Both the position numbers and the translations under genes were made by a program. From an uncultured Gammaproteobacteria bacterium (GTDB lineage Bacteria > Patescibacteriota > Patescibacteriia > UBA9934 > GWF2-40-263): a DNA stretch of 64,000 nucleotides. This document shows, one piece after another, positions 48,219 to 57,563 of this stretch. The stretch is taken from the NCBI GenBank assembly GCA_964538435.1, contig CAZIDX010000002.1:41566-105565 (forward strand). The letters run 5' to 3'. The notes below the pieces were generated by a model, which saw nothing but the letters and a program-made list of their open reading frames with translations, was not told the origin of the DNA and ran no database searches. The first letter of the stretch is position 1. The number at the start of each line of letters is the position of its first letter.

Positions 48219-49514
48219 TCAATTCGATAACTTCTCCATAAAGTTTACTACAGCCTCATCTAGAATAACATCCTTTTGTTTAAACGGCTTGAGAAGCACA
48301 AGCCCATCAAACGTTGTGCAACGACTAAGTGCAACGTAGAGCTGCCCATGCGCAAACGCTCCCCACCCCATATCAACGAGCACGCGATCAAACGTCTTGC
48401 CCTGAGCCTTGTGAATCGTCACTGCCCACGCAAGCGCGATCGGATACTGCGTATATGAACCAATAATCGACTCCTCGAAACTTCCACCATCATGCTCATA
48501 CTCAAAAAGTTCCCACCGATGCTGGCTTACATCCACCTCTGACCCATCTTCAAGCACCACCTCCAAAACAGGATTCTTCTGCAGCCCAAGTTTCTGAATC
48601 CTCCTGATTGTTCCAAGCGATCCATTCACCCAGCGCTTTTCAGGATCATTTACCGTAAACATGATCCGAGCACCTTCCTTCACGGTAATCGTTGGCTCAG
48701 ATGGCATGCGACGATCTGGAATCTCCCCTGTGGAACGTGATTTTAGTTTCCACGGTTTTGTATCCAGCTGAGAAAGCTCAAAATCATTTCTCTGCTTTGC
48801 CATCTTATTCGTGGTTGTCAGATGGATAAAATCTGCCTCCCCTCGAGGATCAAAATACGGATCATGCCGCTCATTCCAAAGATCAATATCATCCTGAGTG
48901 AGTGTTTGCATTCGAATCTTTTCAAGTAGCTCAACAAAATCTTCATCTTGCTGCCGATATACCTTTGTAAGCTCAATCATTCTCACACGCACCCCACCCA
49001 TCGCGTACGCAGAGAAAAAATATGGCGATGTGTACTCATTCTCAAACCTAAATGCTTCCTCACGCGTCACCACTGGCGGAAGCTGGTACAAATCTCCAAT
49101 AAAAATCATTTGCACACCACCAAACGGCTCACCCGGCCTCCCCCGGTTCAGTCGCAGAGCCTTATCAACACAATCCAAAAGATCAGCGCGCACCATGGAA
49201 ATCTCATCAATCACAATCGTCTCAAGCGCCTCAAACAACGGCCGTGCATCTGGAAACGCTGGACGCACAAGATCTGGTCGGATCGCAGGATGAAAACCAA
49301 AAAACGAGTGTATCGTCTGCCCCCTAACATTAAGAGCAGCCACACCCGTTGGTGCCAGCACAACATGTTTTTTCTTTGTATGCTCACGAAAATACTTGAG
49401 AAGCGTTGACTTTCCGGTTCCAGCACGGCCTGTCACAAAAATATGATCACCCGTTTCGTTCATGGTCTTATACGCAGCCTTGGATTCTTTTCCAATTCGA
49501 ATCTTCTTTGTCAT
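48219..49514 (-). CDS. PIF1/RecD-like SF1B helicase
   Basis: GRAGTGKST, APTGVAA, TIHSFF, IDEISMV, GDLYQLPPV, AVTIHKAQG.T, YVALSR. Confidence 0.92.
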   Translation of the reverse strand: MTKKIRIGKESKAAYKTMNETGDHIFVTGRAGTGKSTLLKYFREHTKKKHVVLAPTGVAALNVRGQTIHSFFGFHPAIRPDLVRPAFPDARPLFEALETIVIDEISMVRADLLDCVDKALRLNRGRPGEPFGGVQMIFIGDLYQLPPVVTREEAFRFENEYTSPYFFSAYAMGGVRVRMIELTKVYRQQDEDFVELLEKIRMQTLTQDDIDLWNERHDPYFDPRGEADFIHLTTTNKMAKQRNDFELSQLDTKPWKLKSRSTGEIPDRRMPSEPTITVKEGARIMFTVNDPEKRWVNGSLGTIRRIQKLGLQKNPVLEVVLEDGSEVDVSQHRWELFEYEHDGGSFEESIIGSYTQYPIALAWAVTIHKAQGKTFDRVLVDMGWGAFAHGQLYVALSRCTTFDGLVLLKPFKQKDVILDEAVVNFMEKLSN

Positions 49515-49544
49515 AAGTGGCACAAGTATACCACTTTTTTTATT

Positions 49545-51179
49545 CTACCAATCCACCAACCAATCATTAGCACACTCTGACTCAGGAATATTTACTTGAT
49601 ATGCTCCAGGAAAATCTTCACACCTGTCACCCAAAAACGGAATAAAATACGGTGCATCAGGATAACTTGGATCATAACAACAAATATACACAAACTCTTC
49701 CTCATCTTCTTCGTCATCAAAACTCACTTCATCCTCGATGACGTCCTCAATCTCTTCAACTGACTCATCTACAACCTCTTCAATCACCTCCTCAACAGGC
49801 TCTTCAACCACCACAACCTCCTCCTCAACAATCTCCACCACAGACTCCACCTCTTCCTCAGAAGGAGTCCATTCAGGCTCAAACTGCCATGGCTCTAAAT
49901 CAGTACCCTCATCTGTCTCAGCAGGAACATCAAACACGGATTGTTCCGACGGAGAACCATCAACCCCAGCTCGATCAACCTCCAAATGTTCAATTTGTTC
50001 ACCCTCGTCTTGAACAATTTCATTTTGAACAGTTTCTTCTTGCACAAACTCAATACTCTCTACCTGAATCTCAATCGTCTCCCCCTCGCTAATCTCAAAC
50101 TCAACAGGATTAAATGGAGTCACGCTTGTACTTCCAATTTCTTTCCCAACTACAACAGTTGTTGTGTCTGTATCAGAAGAACTCGGAGGTGGAAGCGCTA
50201 TAGCAACAAGACTGCTGTACTTACTTCTTGAAACTGGACCGAAAAAATCATCTTGCGAAACAATGACCGTCTGATTGGATTGCCATTTTCCAACAGAAGA
50301 ACTTGTCACAGGACCATAAAACGAACCATTCTCTGGCCCATTCGATCCAAGCACAGAATGAAAACTATCTACATATTGAGTCAATGCCGAAACACTATCC
50401 CCAACAGGTGGGTCAAATGCCGAAACTGGGGTTGGTTCAATTGACGTTAATTCCATTTGGATTGCTGTAATCTGTTCAAATAATGCAGAAATTTGCGCTT
50501 GCAAAACCATTGGATCAACCGGTGCTTGCGCCTGCACATTCACCTGCCCAGCTCCCTGCGCATGTGCTGTCTTCACAAACGGTAACTTCCACGGCTCTGA
50601 AACCGAAACAGCCGACGACCCCTGAGTTAGCTCAATAGCAAACGAACCGCTTTCCTCTGCAACTTGCTCATACATCCACCCCAGCTCATACCCCTCCTTC
50701 ACTACCCAAAACATGGTCCAGCCCTGTTGCTGCTCAGGGTACCAAGCAAGTCCATTCGAATCTGTTTTGTGAACTGAATCAAGCTCAAACGAATTCGGAT
50801 CAAGCGCAAACAAATACGCATCAGCAAGCGGACCGTTCTCATCATAAGCATACACTAGCACACTCTGCTTGCTCTTTTGATTTAGATAAATCATCTCACT
50901 CAATGTTGTTCGATTGTAATACTCATACCCCTCAGCAAGAACCACCACTGGACCACCACTCACCAAACTGCCGTCCCATCTTCCATCAAGGTCTGTTTTA
51001 ATCACTAAATCCTGTACAAACACATATGCACCACCAACCGGCTCATCATTAGCTCCCAGAACAACATGCGAGAGCTCGCTGCTTGGTTCTGGATACATTT
51101 TCAAAAAAATCGCAGCCCCAATCACCACTAGGACAACCCCGAGCGCAATGAGAACCTGCGTAACAGATACTTTTTTCAT
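49545..51179 (-). CDS. Membrane-anchored acidic surface protein
   Basis: N-terminal TM, carboxypeptidase-regulatory-like repeats (TDLDG, TDSNG), Glu-rich tail, Cys-containing C-terminus. Confidence 0.7.
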   Translation of the reverse strand: MKKVSVTQVLIALGVVLVVIGAAIFLKMYPEPSSELSHVVLGANDEPVGGAYVFVQDLVIKTDLDGRWDGSLVSGGPVVVLAEGYEYYNRTTLSEMIYLNQKSKQSVLVYAYDENGPLADAYLFALDPNSFELDSVHKTDSNGLAWYPEQQQGWTMFWVVKEGYELGWMYEQVAEESGSFAIELTQGSSAVSVSEPWKLPFVKTAHAQGAGQVNVQAQAPVDPMVLQAQISALFEQITAIQMELTSIEPTPVSAFDPPVGDSVSALTQYVDSFHSVLGSNGPENGSFYGPVTSSSVGKWQSNQTVIVSQDDFFGPVSRSKYSSLVAIALPPPSSSDTDTTTVVVGKEIGSTSVTPFNPVEFEISEGETIEIQVESIEFVQEETVQNEIVQDEGEQIEHLEVDRAGVDGSPSEQSVFDVPAETDEGTDLEPWQFEPEWTPSEEEVESVVEIVEEEVVVVEEPVEEVIEEVVDESVEEIEDVIEDEVSFDDEEDEEEFVYICCYDPSYPDAPYFIPFLGDRCEDFPGAYQVNIPESECANDWLVDW

Positions 51180-51263
51180 ATTGTTTTCCTCACTTATTCT
51201 GATATTCATTGTACCAGTTTTCACAATCGAAAACACGCCCATAGATGAGCGTGCGCGTTGGTT

Positions 51264-51581
51264 CTAGCTGTCCTTGAGCGGAATCAGGCGGCCGGAAGGA
51301 TATCCTTCCACGAGAGTTGCGAAGCGTCGATTCCTCTTGGAATCGAACGGTGTGAATACCATCACCTCGTAGATCCGATCACCGATCTGGATACCGTTTG
51401 GAACATGCTCCTTGAGTAGTTCGATGTGGTGATCGTTCGTGAGCGGTCGAATCGATTCACTGAACAGAGAACCAATGAGCCCCCTCAGCAGCAAAGCGAG
51501 TTCATGAGGAATATTGGTCTCCAAGTGTGCTGTCTCCAACTCACCCCACCACCCTTCACGGGTGAGTGTCAAAGATGCCAT
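51264..51581 (-). CDS. Hypothetical protein (self-contained unit)
   Basis: TTGACA-17-TAGAAA, AAAGGAGG RBS, terminator at about 51229-51253. Confidence 0.75.
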   Translation of the reverse strand: MASLTLTREGWWGELETAHLETNIPHELALLLRGLIGSLFSESIRPLTNDHHIELLKEHVPNGIQIGDRIYEVMVFTPFDSKRNRRFATLVEGYPSGRLIPLKDS

Positions 51582-51633
51582 CTGTCTACCTCCTTTTCGG
51601 AACACTTCTTTCTACATGCAAAACACCATCTTG

Positions 51634-51963
51634 TCAACCCACGCACCTTCGAGATCTGAGCAACACCCCAAAGAAAACCAAATAAAACAAACACGCAACC
51701 ACATCAATCACCCCAACCTCGTCAAGTAGACACAACACTGCCATTGCACCCACATACACGAGCGTGACAAAGAACCACCGCTTGAAATGATGAATGAGCA
51801 ACCACAGTAGCGCGATCGTGATAGCTGCGTTCACAATCATAAGTACCGCATTCATCTGATACACCTCAAACGGAAACACGCCACGCGACACAAACAAAAA
51901 CACCCCAGCACTGAGCCAGAACGCCGCACTGAACAAGAAAAAGAAACACACAGAATTCTTCAT
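51634..51963 (-). CDS. Small membrane protein
   Basis: Three to four hydrophobic segments. Confidence 0.55.
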   Translation of the reverse strand: MKNSVCFFFLFSAAFWLSAGVFLFVSRGVFPFEVYQMNAVLMIVNAAITIALLWLLIHHFKRWFFVTLVYVGAMAVLCLLDEVGVIDVVACLFYLVFFGVLLRSRRCVG

Positions 51964-51977
51964 ACCTTCACATCGTA

Positions 51978-53759
51978 TCACAACCCCTTTCTTAAATGAT
52001 CAATCACCTCCTGATCCTTCACCCAAAGCACCTCAAGCCTTTCAATCTCCTTTGTAACCTCATCTAGGCGCTGAGCCTTCACTGGTGCATAATCCGTTGG
52101 ATTCTCAAAAAAGTACGCGAGAATCTCACTCTTCTCAACATCAAGAACCTTCATCTTCTTATTAATTCTCGCTTGCGATCGCTGATGCTCTTTCACACGC
52201 ATTTGAGCCTCAGCCCGCAAAACTCGATCACCCCCTTCTTCAGAACACTCCACCACAAGCGATTCTCGTGCCCGATCCATCAGATCATCCACATACTCGC
52301 CATAGGTTCCCATGTGCTGACGAACTCTTCCATTGCGCACCTCCAAGATCTTCTCTGCAAGCGCATTCACAAATGTTCGTGCATGCGAAATAAAAAGCAC
52401 TGTTCCTGAATACTTTTTGAGTGCAAGTGCAAGCGCCTCTGTTGTTTCCACATCCAAGTGGTTGGTTGGCTCGTCCAGAAGGAGGACATTATGTTCATGC
52501 AACAAAATCCCAGCCAAGCAAAGCCGAGCACGCTCCCCACCGGAGAGAACACTGGTTGGCTTATCAAGATCATCACCTCGAAACAAAAAGTTCCCAGCCA
52601 TCATCAAAATCCGCTCACCGGATGCATCACGCGGCGCCATGCGCGTAAGATGCTGCAACACCGTCTCAGTATCGATAAGCGCTGCATCCGTCTTCTGATC
52701 ATAATATCCAATGTCCGCGTGATGCCACCACTTCACCTTCCCCTCAAGCTGATCAATCTTGCCGGCAAGCGTCTTAAGCAGTGTAGATTTTCCATTCCCA
52801 TTCTCCCCAGCAATCACAATCTTTTCCCCACGCATCACATCAAGATCAATCTTCTCTGCTACAACATGCTCACCATACCCGATCACCAAATCATCTGCGC
52901 GCACAGCAGGACCAGGCACAACCCGCGACGATGGGATGGTGATGTTTGTTGTTGCTAGCGCAGAGTCAATATCAGAAATCTGATTGCGAAGCTTTGCAAT
53001 ATGTTTAATCTTGCTCTGTGCGCGTGTAGCCAAACTGGCTTTATATCGAAAACGATCCACAAATGTTTGGTGGTGCGCCATCTCACGCCTGAGCCTCTTG
53101 TTCGTGCTCTTTTGAAACTCAAGCTGCTCCTGTTTGTACTCCAAATACTCCTGAACCGTTCCCTTGTACACCGTCAGTTTTCCGCGCTCAATCTCAAACG
53201 TTGTCGTGCACGTATTCTGCAAAAACGTCCGATCATGCGCTGCAATAATACAACCTCCACGAAAATCTTTTAAGAACATTTCAAGTAAAAGAAGTGTCTG
53301 CAGATCCAAATAGTTCACAGGCTCATCAAGAAGCAAAAGATTTGGCTCAAGAAGGAGCATAGCCACAAGCTTCACACGCATCTGATACCCACCGGAAAGT
53401 TCGGAAGGTGGCACCTGCAAGTGAGACTCTCCAAGACCAAACCTGGCTCCAAGCTTTTTTACCTTCCAATCTGAAACCCCTCCTCGTTTCTCCAAAAACG
53501 CAAGAGTTGTGCAATCAGACGGAAGCACCTCATGCTGCTCAACCACCCCCAACCTCAACTTTGGAAACATGTTTACCTCACCCCCATCCGCTTCTTCTGC
53601 TCCGGTGATAATCTTTAAAAGAGTTGACTTGCCCGCACCATTCCGTCCAATGAGTGCAATCTTTTGTTTCTCGGCAATCAAAAAAGAAAGGTCCTCAAGC
53701 ACGGTCTGCAATCCATATTTCTTTCTTAAATTTTTTCCCTCAATCAGTGGATGCCCCAT
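51978..53759 (-). CDS. ABC-F family ATPase
   Basis: Two NBDs (GRNGAGKST/LSGG/DEP; GENGNGKST/LSGGE/DEPTNHLD), no TMD. Confidence 0.95.
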   Translation of the reverse strand: MGHPLIEGKNLRKKYGLQTVLEDLSFLIAEKQKIALIGRNGAGKSTLLKIITGAEEADGGEVNMFPKLRLGVVEQHEVLPSDCTTLAFLEKRGGVSDWKVKKLGARFGLGESHLQVPPSELSGGYQMRVKLVAMLLLEPNLLLLDEPVNYLDLQTLLLLEMFLKDFRGGCIIAAHDRTFLQNTCTTTFEIERGKLTVYKGTVQEYLEYKQEQLEFQKSTNKRLRREMAHHQTFVDRFRYKASLATRAQSKIKHIAKLRNQISDIDSALATTNITIPSSRVVPGPAVRADDLVIGYGEHVVAEKIDLDVMRGEKIVIAGENGNGKSTLLKTLAGKIDQLEGKVKWWHHADIGYYDQKTDAALIDTETVLQHLTRMAPRDASGERILMMAGNFLFRGDDLDKPTSVLSGGERARLCLAGILLHEHNVLLLDEPTNHLDVETTEALALALKKYSGTVLFISHARTFVNALAEKILEVRNGRVRQHMGTYGEYVDDLMDRARESLVVECSEEGGDRVLRAEAQMRVKEHQRSQARINKKMKVLDVEKSEILAYFFENPTDYAPVKAQRLDEVTKEIERLEVLWVKDQEVIDHLRKGL

Positions 53760-54993
53760 GTGTTCCTGCTACAAACCCGGTAGTCCAGCACAGCTGAAGA
53801 GAAAAACCACCAGATGGTCGATTAATATTTATTGTGTCTCCAATCAAATACAAATTCGGATACAGCCTCGAAGTCATAGATCTAAAGTCCACCTCCTCTG
53901 GAACCACACCACCGTCTGCAACAATCGAATACTCATACCCCATGGTTCCAGCAATATCAAAACGCAAATCCTTGAACATCGTCACCAAACGCTTGCGCTG
54001 ATCCTTTGTAATCGAATGCACAGGCGTGTCTGCAATTGATTCTCCAAAACGACTAAACACAACTTCGCAAACCTGTTTTTGAGCAAGCCCCTTGAGCACA
54101 CTCTTGAGCTTCTTGTTCTTGTGCTTCTCAAACTCCGCAACTAAATGTGTATCCAAACTTCCCAGATCGTGATCTGGAAAAAGATCTATCGACGCATCAA
54201 CCGTTCCCTTTGCAAGCAATTTCTTAACCTCATGTGCCGAATTAATCACAAGCGGACCAGAGATTCCAAAGTGCGTAAACAAAAGTCGACCGCGCACTTT
54301 CAGTCTCGTCTTCTTATCCTGGATGTACCGCAGCTCCATATCATCAAGCGTCACCCCCGAAAGCCCATGCACCCACTTTGTCTCAGTTCGAAGCGGAACC
54401 AAATCTGGGTCAGCTTCTTTTACTGTGTGCCCAATCGCAGCAAGCATTGAAATCCCATCTCCTGTTGATCCGGTCTCAGGCGCAGCAAGCCCACCCGTTG
54501 CCAGCACGATCTTACCAGCACGAAAGACACCCTTATTAGTTTTCACCCCCACCAAAGCATCTTGTTCTTTCACAAACGACTCCGCACTCACACCAAGCAT
54601 CACTTCAACATTCCCACTCTCCTTCACATACACTTCAAGAGTTCGACAAACATCCTCTGCCTTCTGAGACTTTGGAAACGCCCGGTTGCGTTCCTCCACC
54701 ACAAGCGGCAGACCACGCTCCTGAAAAAAATCAAACGTGGCTTTTACATCAAACTGCGCAAACGGTGAGAACAAAAACTTACTTGTCTCAGGAAAGCTCT
54801 CAAGAAACAAACGAGGATCAAACACAGCATTCGTGATGTTGCACCTACGCCCCCCAGTAATGCTGAGCTTCTTGCCAAGCCTGATATTTTTCTCAAGCAA
54901 AAGAACACGAGCCCCAAGCTCGCCTGCGCGTCCAGCAGCCATCATTCCAGATGGACCACCGCCGATAACAATCATGTCAAATGTATTTTCCAT
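53740..54993 (-). CDS. HI0933/YhiN family flavoprotein
   Basis: GGGPSGMMAA, GKKLSITGGRRCNITN, ATGG...TGSTGDG, LFTHFGISGP, GGFSLQ. Confidence 0.93.
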   Translation of the reverse strand: MENTFDMIVIGGGPSGMMAAGRAGELGARVLLLEKNIRLGKKLSITGGRRCNITNAVFDPRLFLESFPETSKFLFSPFAQFDVKATFDFFQERGLPLVVEERNRAFPKSQKAEDVCRTLEVYVKESGNVEVMLGVSAESFVKEQDALVGVKTNKGVFRAGKIVLATGGLAAPETGSTGDGISMLAAIGHTVKEADPDLVPLRTETKWVHGLSGVTLDDMELRYIQDKKTRLKVRGRLLFTHFGISGPLVINSAHEVKKLLAKGTVDASIDLFPDHDLGSLDTHLVAEFEKHKNKKLKSVLKGLAQKQVCEVVFSRFGESIADTPVHSITKDQRKRLVTMFKDLRFDIAGTMGYEYSIVADGGVVPEEVDFRSMTSRLYPNLYLIGDTININRPSGGFSLQLCWTTGFVAGTHGASTD

Positions 54994-55287
54994 GCGCACA
55001 TCATCTCAAATTTTGAATAACAAAGAAAGCCGCTAGCTGATAACACATTGAAAATGTGAATAACTCAACCTCTCTTTAGGTCACACAAAGACCTGCATCA
55101 AAGCCAGAATAACAACCCGCTTTGAACACTTATATTGCACAAAGTCCCTGCTGTCGCATGATTAGACAAATCACTTCTTGACAGCTTTTTGGTAGAAAGG
55201 CTAACGTTAGTGTGCGATTAACACTTACAAGATTTGTCGCTATTCACCTCCCCTGCTTCCAAAGCAGGGTTGAGAACACCAGAAACA

Positions 55288-55316
55288 TTGACAAACCTTG
55301 AATTAAGTGCTAATTT
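55288..55316 (+). promoter_or_regulatory. Sigma70-type promoter of kinase-like/vWA/PurA-like unit
   Basis: TTGACA-17-TAATTT with TG extended -10. Confidence 0.6.
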
Positions 55317-55417
55317 CGGCGGCTGTAACCAACCGGAATACAGAAGCCAAAACAAGAAGTTACTTAGCAACCCTCGCCCTTTCCCAAACCAACCCTAGAC
55401 CAAGAGGTAGAGGCCCC

Positions 55418-56266
55418 ATGCCAACCATGGACATTCAAGGCCCCGAGCACGTCTACACGGTCACGCACCGCGTGGGCGAGTGCAGCCACTACCGTCTCTA
55501 CACGTGTCTCCAACAGGACACAGACCGGCAGTGCATCATGATGATCGCGGCCGAGCGTCGCAACAACGCAGACCTCGAGCGCGCCGCGTACCTCCTCAAG
55601 CAACTCCGCAAGGAAGGCGACCTCAACGAGGAAGACTACGCCAAGGATCCCAAGAACGAAGGTCGTATGCTCAACTACCAGCTCGGCTTCCCCGAGGTGA
55701 TGGACAGCTTCATCTTCGAAGAGCAGGATCACCGGCGCATCCTCATCCTGGCGTTCGACAACATCCAGGAGATCGACGGCCTGGTCCCCCTCCTGAACAT
55801 TCGGGAGAAGGACCTCAAGCGCCTCGACATCAAGACCGGCGCGTGGATCCTGGGCAAGGCCCTCAAGACCCTCAAGCTAGCGCACAGCATCGGGATCTCC
55901 ATGGGTACCATGGATGCCTCCCGCATCCTGGTCCAGCTCGACGAGCACTACGTGATCATGTTCGACTGGTGCTACGCCAGGACCGGCACAGACCAGGTCC
56001 CGAGAGACCTGGCACGCCGCGACATCATGAACGTAGCCCGCGCCGTCATCACTGCCTTGGGCGGAGACTGGCGCAGCCGTCACCTCCCCTTCCCCGGCAA
56101 CGAGGAAGGGTACGGCAGGTTCACCGAAATCCTCTTCCGACTCGCTGGCGGAGCACAGACCAGCGCAGCCATGGCTCACCAGACGTTCTACGAGATGGTA
56201 GACGCGGCCTGGGAGCCTGGCTTTCACCCCGCAACCACCCACCCTCTCGAAAAGACAGGAGATTGA
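55418..56266 (+). CDS. Degenerate protein-kinase-fold protein
   Basis: Kinase-like order: VGE..HYRLY, E in helix C-like segment, FPEVMDSF, L..AHSIGISMG......ILV, MFDWCYA, RDI; GAGG RBS. Confidence 0.65.
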   Translation: MPTMDIQGPEHVYTVTHRVGECSHYRLYTCLQQDTDRQCIMMIAAERRNNADLERAAYLLKQLRKEGDLNEEDYAKDPKNEGRMLNYQLGFPEVMDSFIFEEQDHRRILILAFDNIQEIDGLVPLLNIREKDLKRLDIKTGAWILGKALKTLKLAHSIGISMGTMDASRILVQLDEHYVIMFDWCYARTGTDQVPRDLARRDIMNVARAVITALGGDWRSRHLPFPGNEEGYGRFTEILFRLAGGAQTSAAMAHQTFYEMVDAAWEPGFHPATTHPLEKTGD

Positions 56267-56268
56267 TC

Positions 56269-57438
56269 ATGGGACGAGGAGTTCTCTCACGAGTAGCACA
56301 CACCAGGACGCGTGACACCGCCACCCGCGGAGGTCGCAGCGCCACCCACCGGGCCGAAGAGCGCGTGCGCATGGGCAAGGGACTCGACGTGTCCGTGGAC
56401 CCCAAGGGGTACCCGCACCTGGGTCCGGTCCGGCTCAGCCTGCCGCGCTTCGACCAGCGTGAAGACGGTCTCTGGGAGCTCACCAGCGGCATGCCCGTCC
56501 CGGTGGAGACCCTGCTCGACGGTACCGGTTCCATGGGGCACGATTTCATCGCCGCCGTCATGGCCGTCCTGCCCGACGCGTTCGATGCGTTCACCTCCGG
56601 AACCATGCCGGTGCTGGGGCGCTACGACGTGCAGATCGCCAACGCCATCTTCGGCGACACGGTCGACACCCACAACGGGCGTCACGTGCTGTGCCGGACC
56701 CAGTTCGAGATGGCCGACAAGATCTCGGTCCAGGTCACGAACCTGGCCCCGACGCACGGTGGTGCCGGCAACGGCAAGGAAGACCCCCAGTTCGGGCTCT
56801 TCGCGGCCGCCTACCTGACCAACGCCAGGCTCTGGAAGTACGGTCTGCGCGGCTACCACTTCGTCTTCACCGACGACAACTCGGTGATGGAGGTCGAGGT
56901 GAGCTGGCTGAAGCGCATCTTCGGGGATGACGTCCTCGAGCGTGCGTGCGAGAACGGCCACGACTTCTCCGGTGTGCGCAGCATCCCGACCCAGCAGGTC
57001 GTGCAGGATCTGCTGAGCCACACCAACGCCTTCGTCTTCCTGCGGCAGGGCAACAGCATCCGCTCCTGGCAGCGCCTCTACGGCAACGACCGCTGCATCG
57101 TCATGGACGACATGCCCGACACCTTCCACCTCTACGAGGCCGTGGTGATCGGGCTGACCGAGGGCATCATCAACCTGGAGACGGCCGAGACCTTCCTGAT
57201 CGAGCACGGCGCCGACCAGCGCCAGGCCCAGCGCATCGTGCACGCGGTCTCGCACATCCCCCTGGGCGCCCAGACCCTGCGCGAGAACTTCCACCGGATC
57301 CCGGTCGCCGGCGATCTGTTCCGCGAGAAGACCGACCTCTGGCCCCTCACCGCGGACGAGATCGCTGCGCACACCGGCGAGGCCTCGGACGGCGCCAGCG
57401 GCTCCAGCGAGGGTAGCGACAAGGTCCAGTGGCTCTAG
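56269..57438 (+). CDS. vWA/MIDAS-like domain protein
   Basis: LLDGTGSMG (DxTxS), GGAGNGKED, FVFTDD; AGGAG RBS; 2 nt after the kinase-like stop. Confidence 0.7.
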   Translation: MGRGVLSRVAHTRTRDTATRGGRSATHRAEERVRMGKGLDVSVDPKGYPHLGPVRLSLPRFDQREDGLWELTSGMPVPVETLLDGTGSMGHDFIAAVMAVLPDAFDAFTSGTMPVLGRYDVQIANAIFGDTVDTHNGRHVLCRTQFEMADKISVQVTNLAPTHGGAGNGKEDPQFGLFAAAYLTNARLWKYGLRGYHFVFTDDNSVMEVEVSWLKRIFGDDVLERACENGHDFSGVRSIPTQQVVQDLLSHTNAFVFLRQGNSIRSWQRLYGNDRCIVMDDMPDTFHLYEAVVIGLTEGIINLETAETFLIEHGADQRQAQRIVHAVSHIPLGAQTLRENFHRIPVAGDLFREKTDLWPLTADEIAAHTGEASDGASGSSEGSDKVQWL

Positions 57439-57469
57439 GGACGAGCTGAATCCAGCTCTACGACAACGA

Positions 57470-57499
57470 CCCCGACTAGCGCATGCTAGTCGGGGCTTT
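57470..57499 (+). terminator. Hairpin/terminator between vWA and PurA-like genes
   Basis: CCCCGACTAGC-GCAT-GCTAGTCGGGG-CTTT. Confidence 0.7.
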
Positions 57500-57563
57500 C
57501 CATGAGATCATCGTGATAAACACGGTGACATCGTGGTTAGAACCACCAACCCGAGAGGTACAC

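Noticed and set aside
55480-56268. 652-aa ORF from the track starting at 55480
   Set aside because: Its N-terminal part is an off-frame read-through of the GC-rich kinase-like gene; the RBS-supported start is ATG 56269
56287-57372. Long antisense ORFs over GC-rich genes (also 5473-6126, 27475-28053, 47055-47939, 58239-59027)
   Set aside because: Expected shadow ORFs of high-GC3 coding sequence; no motifs or expression signals
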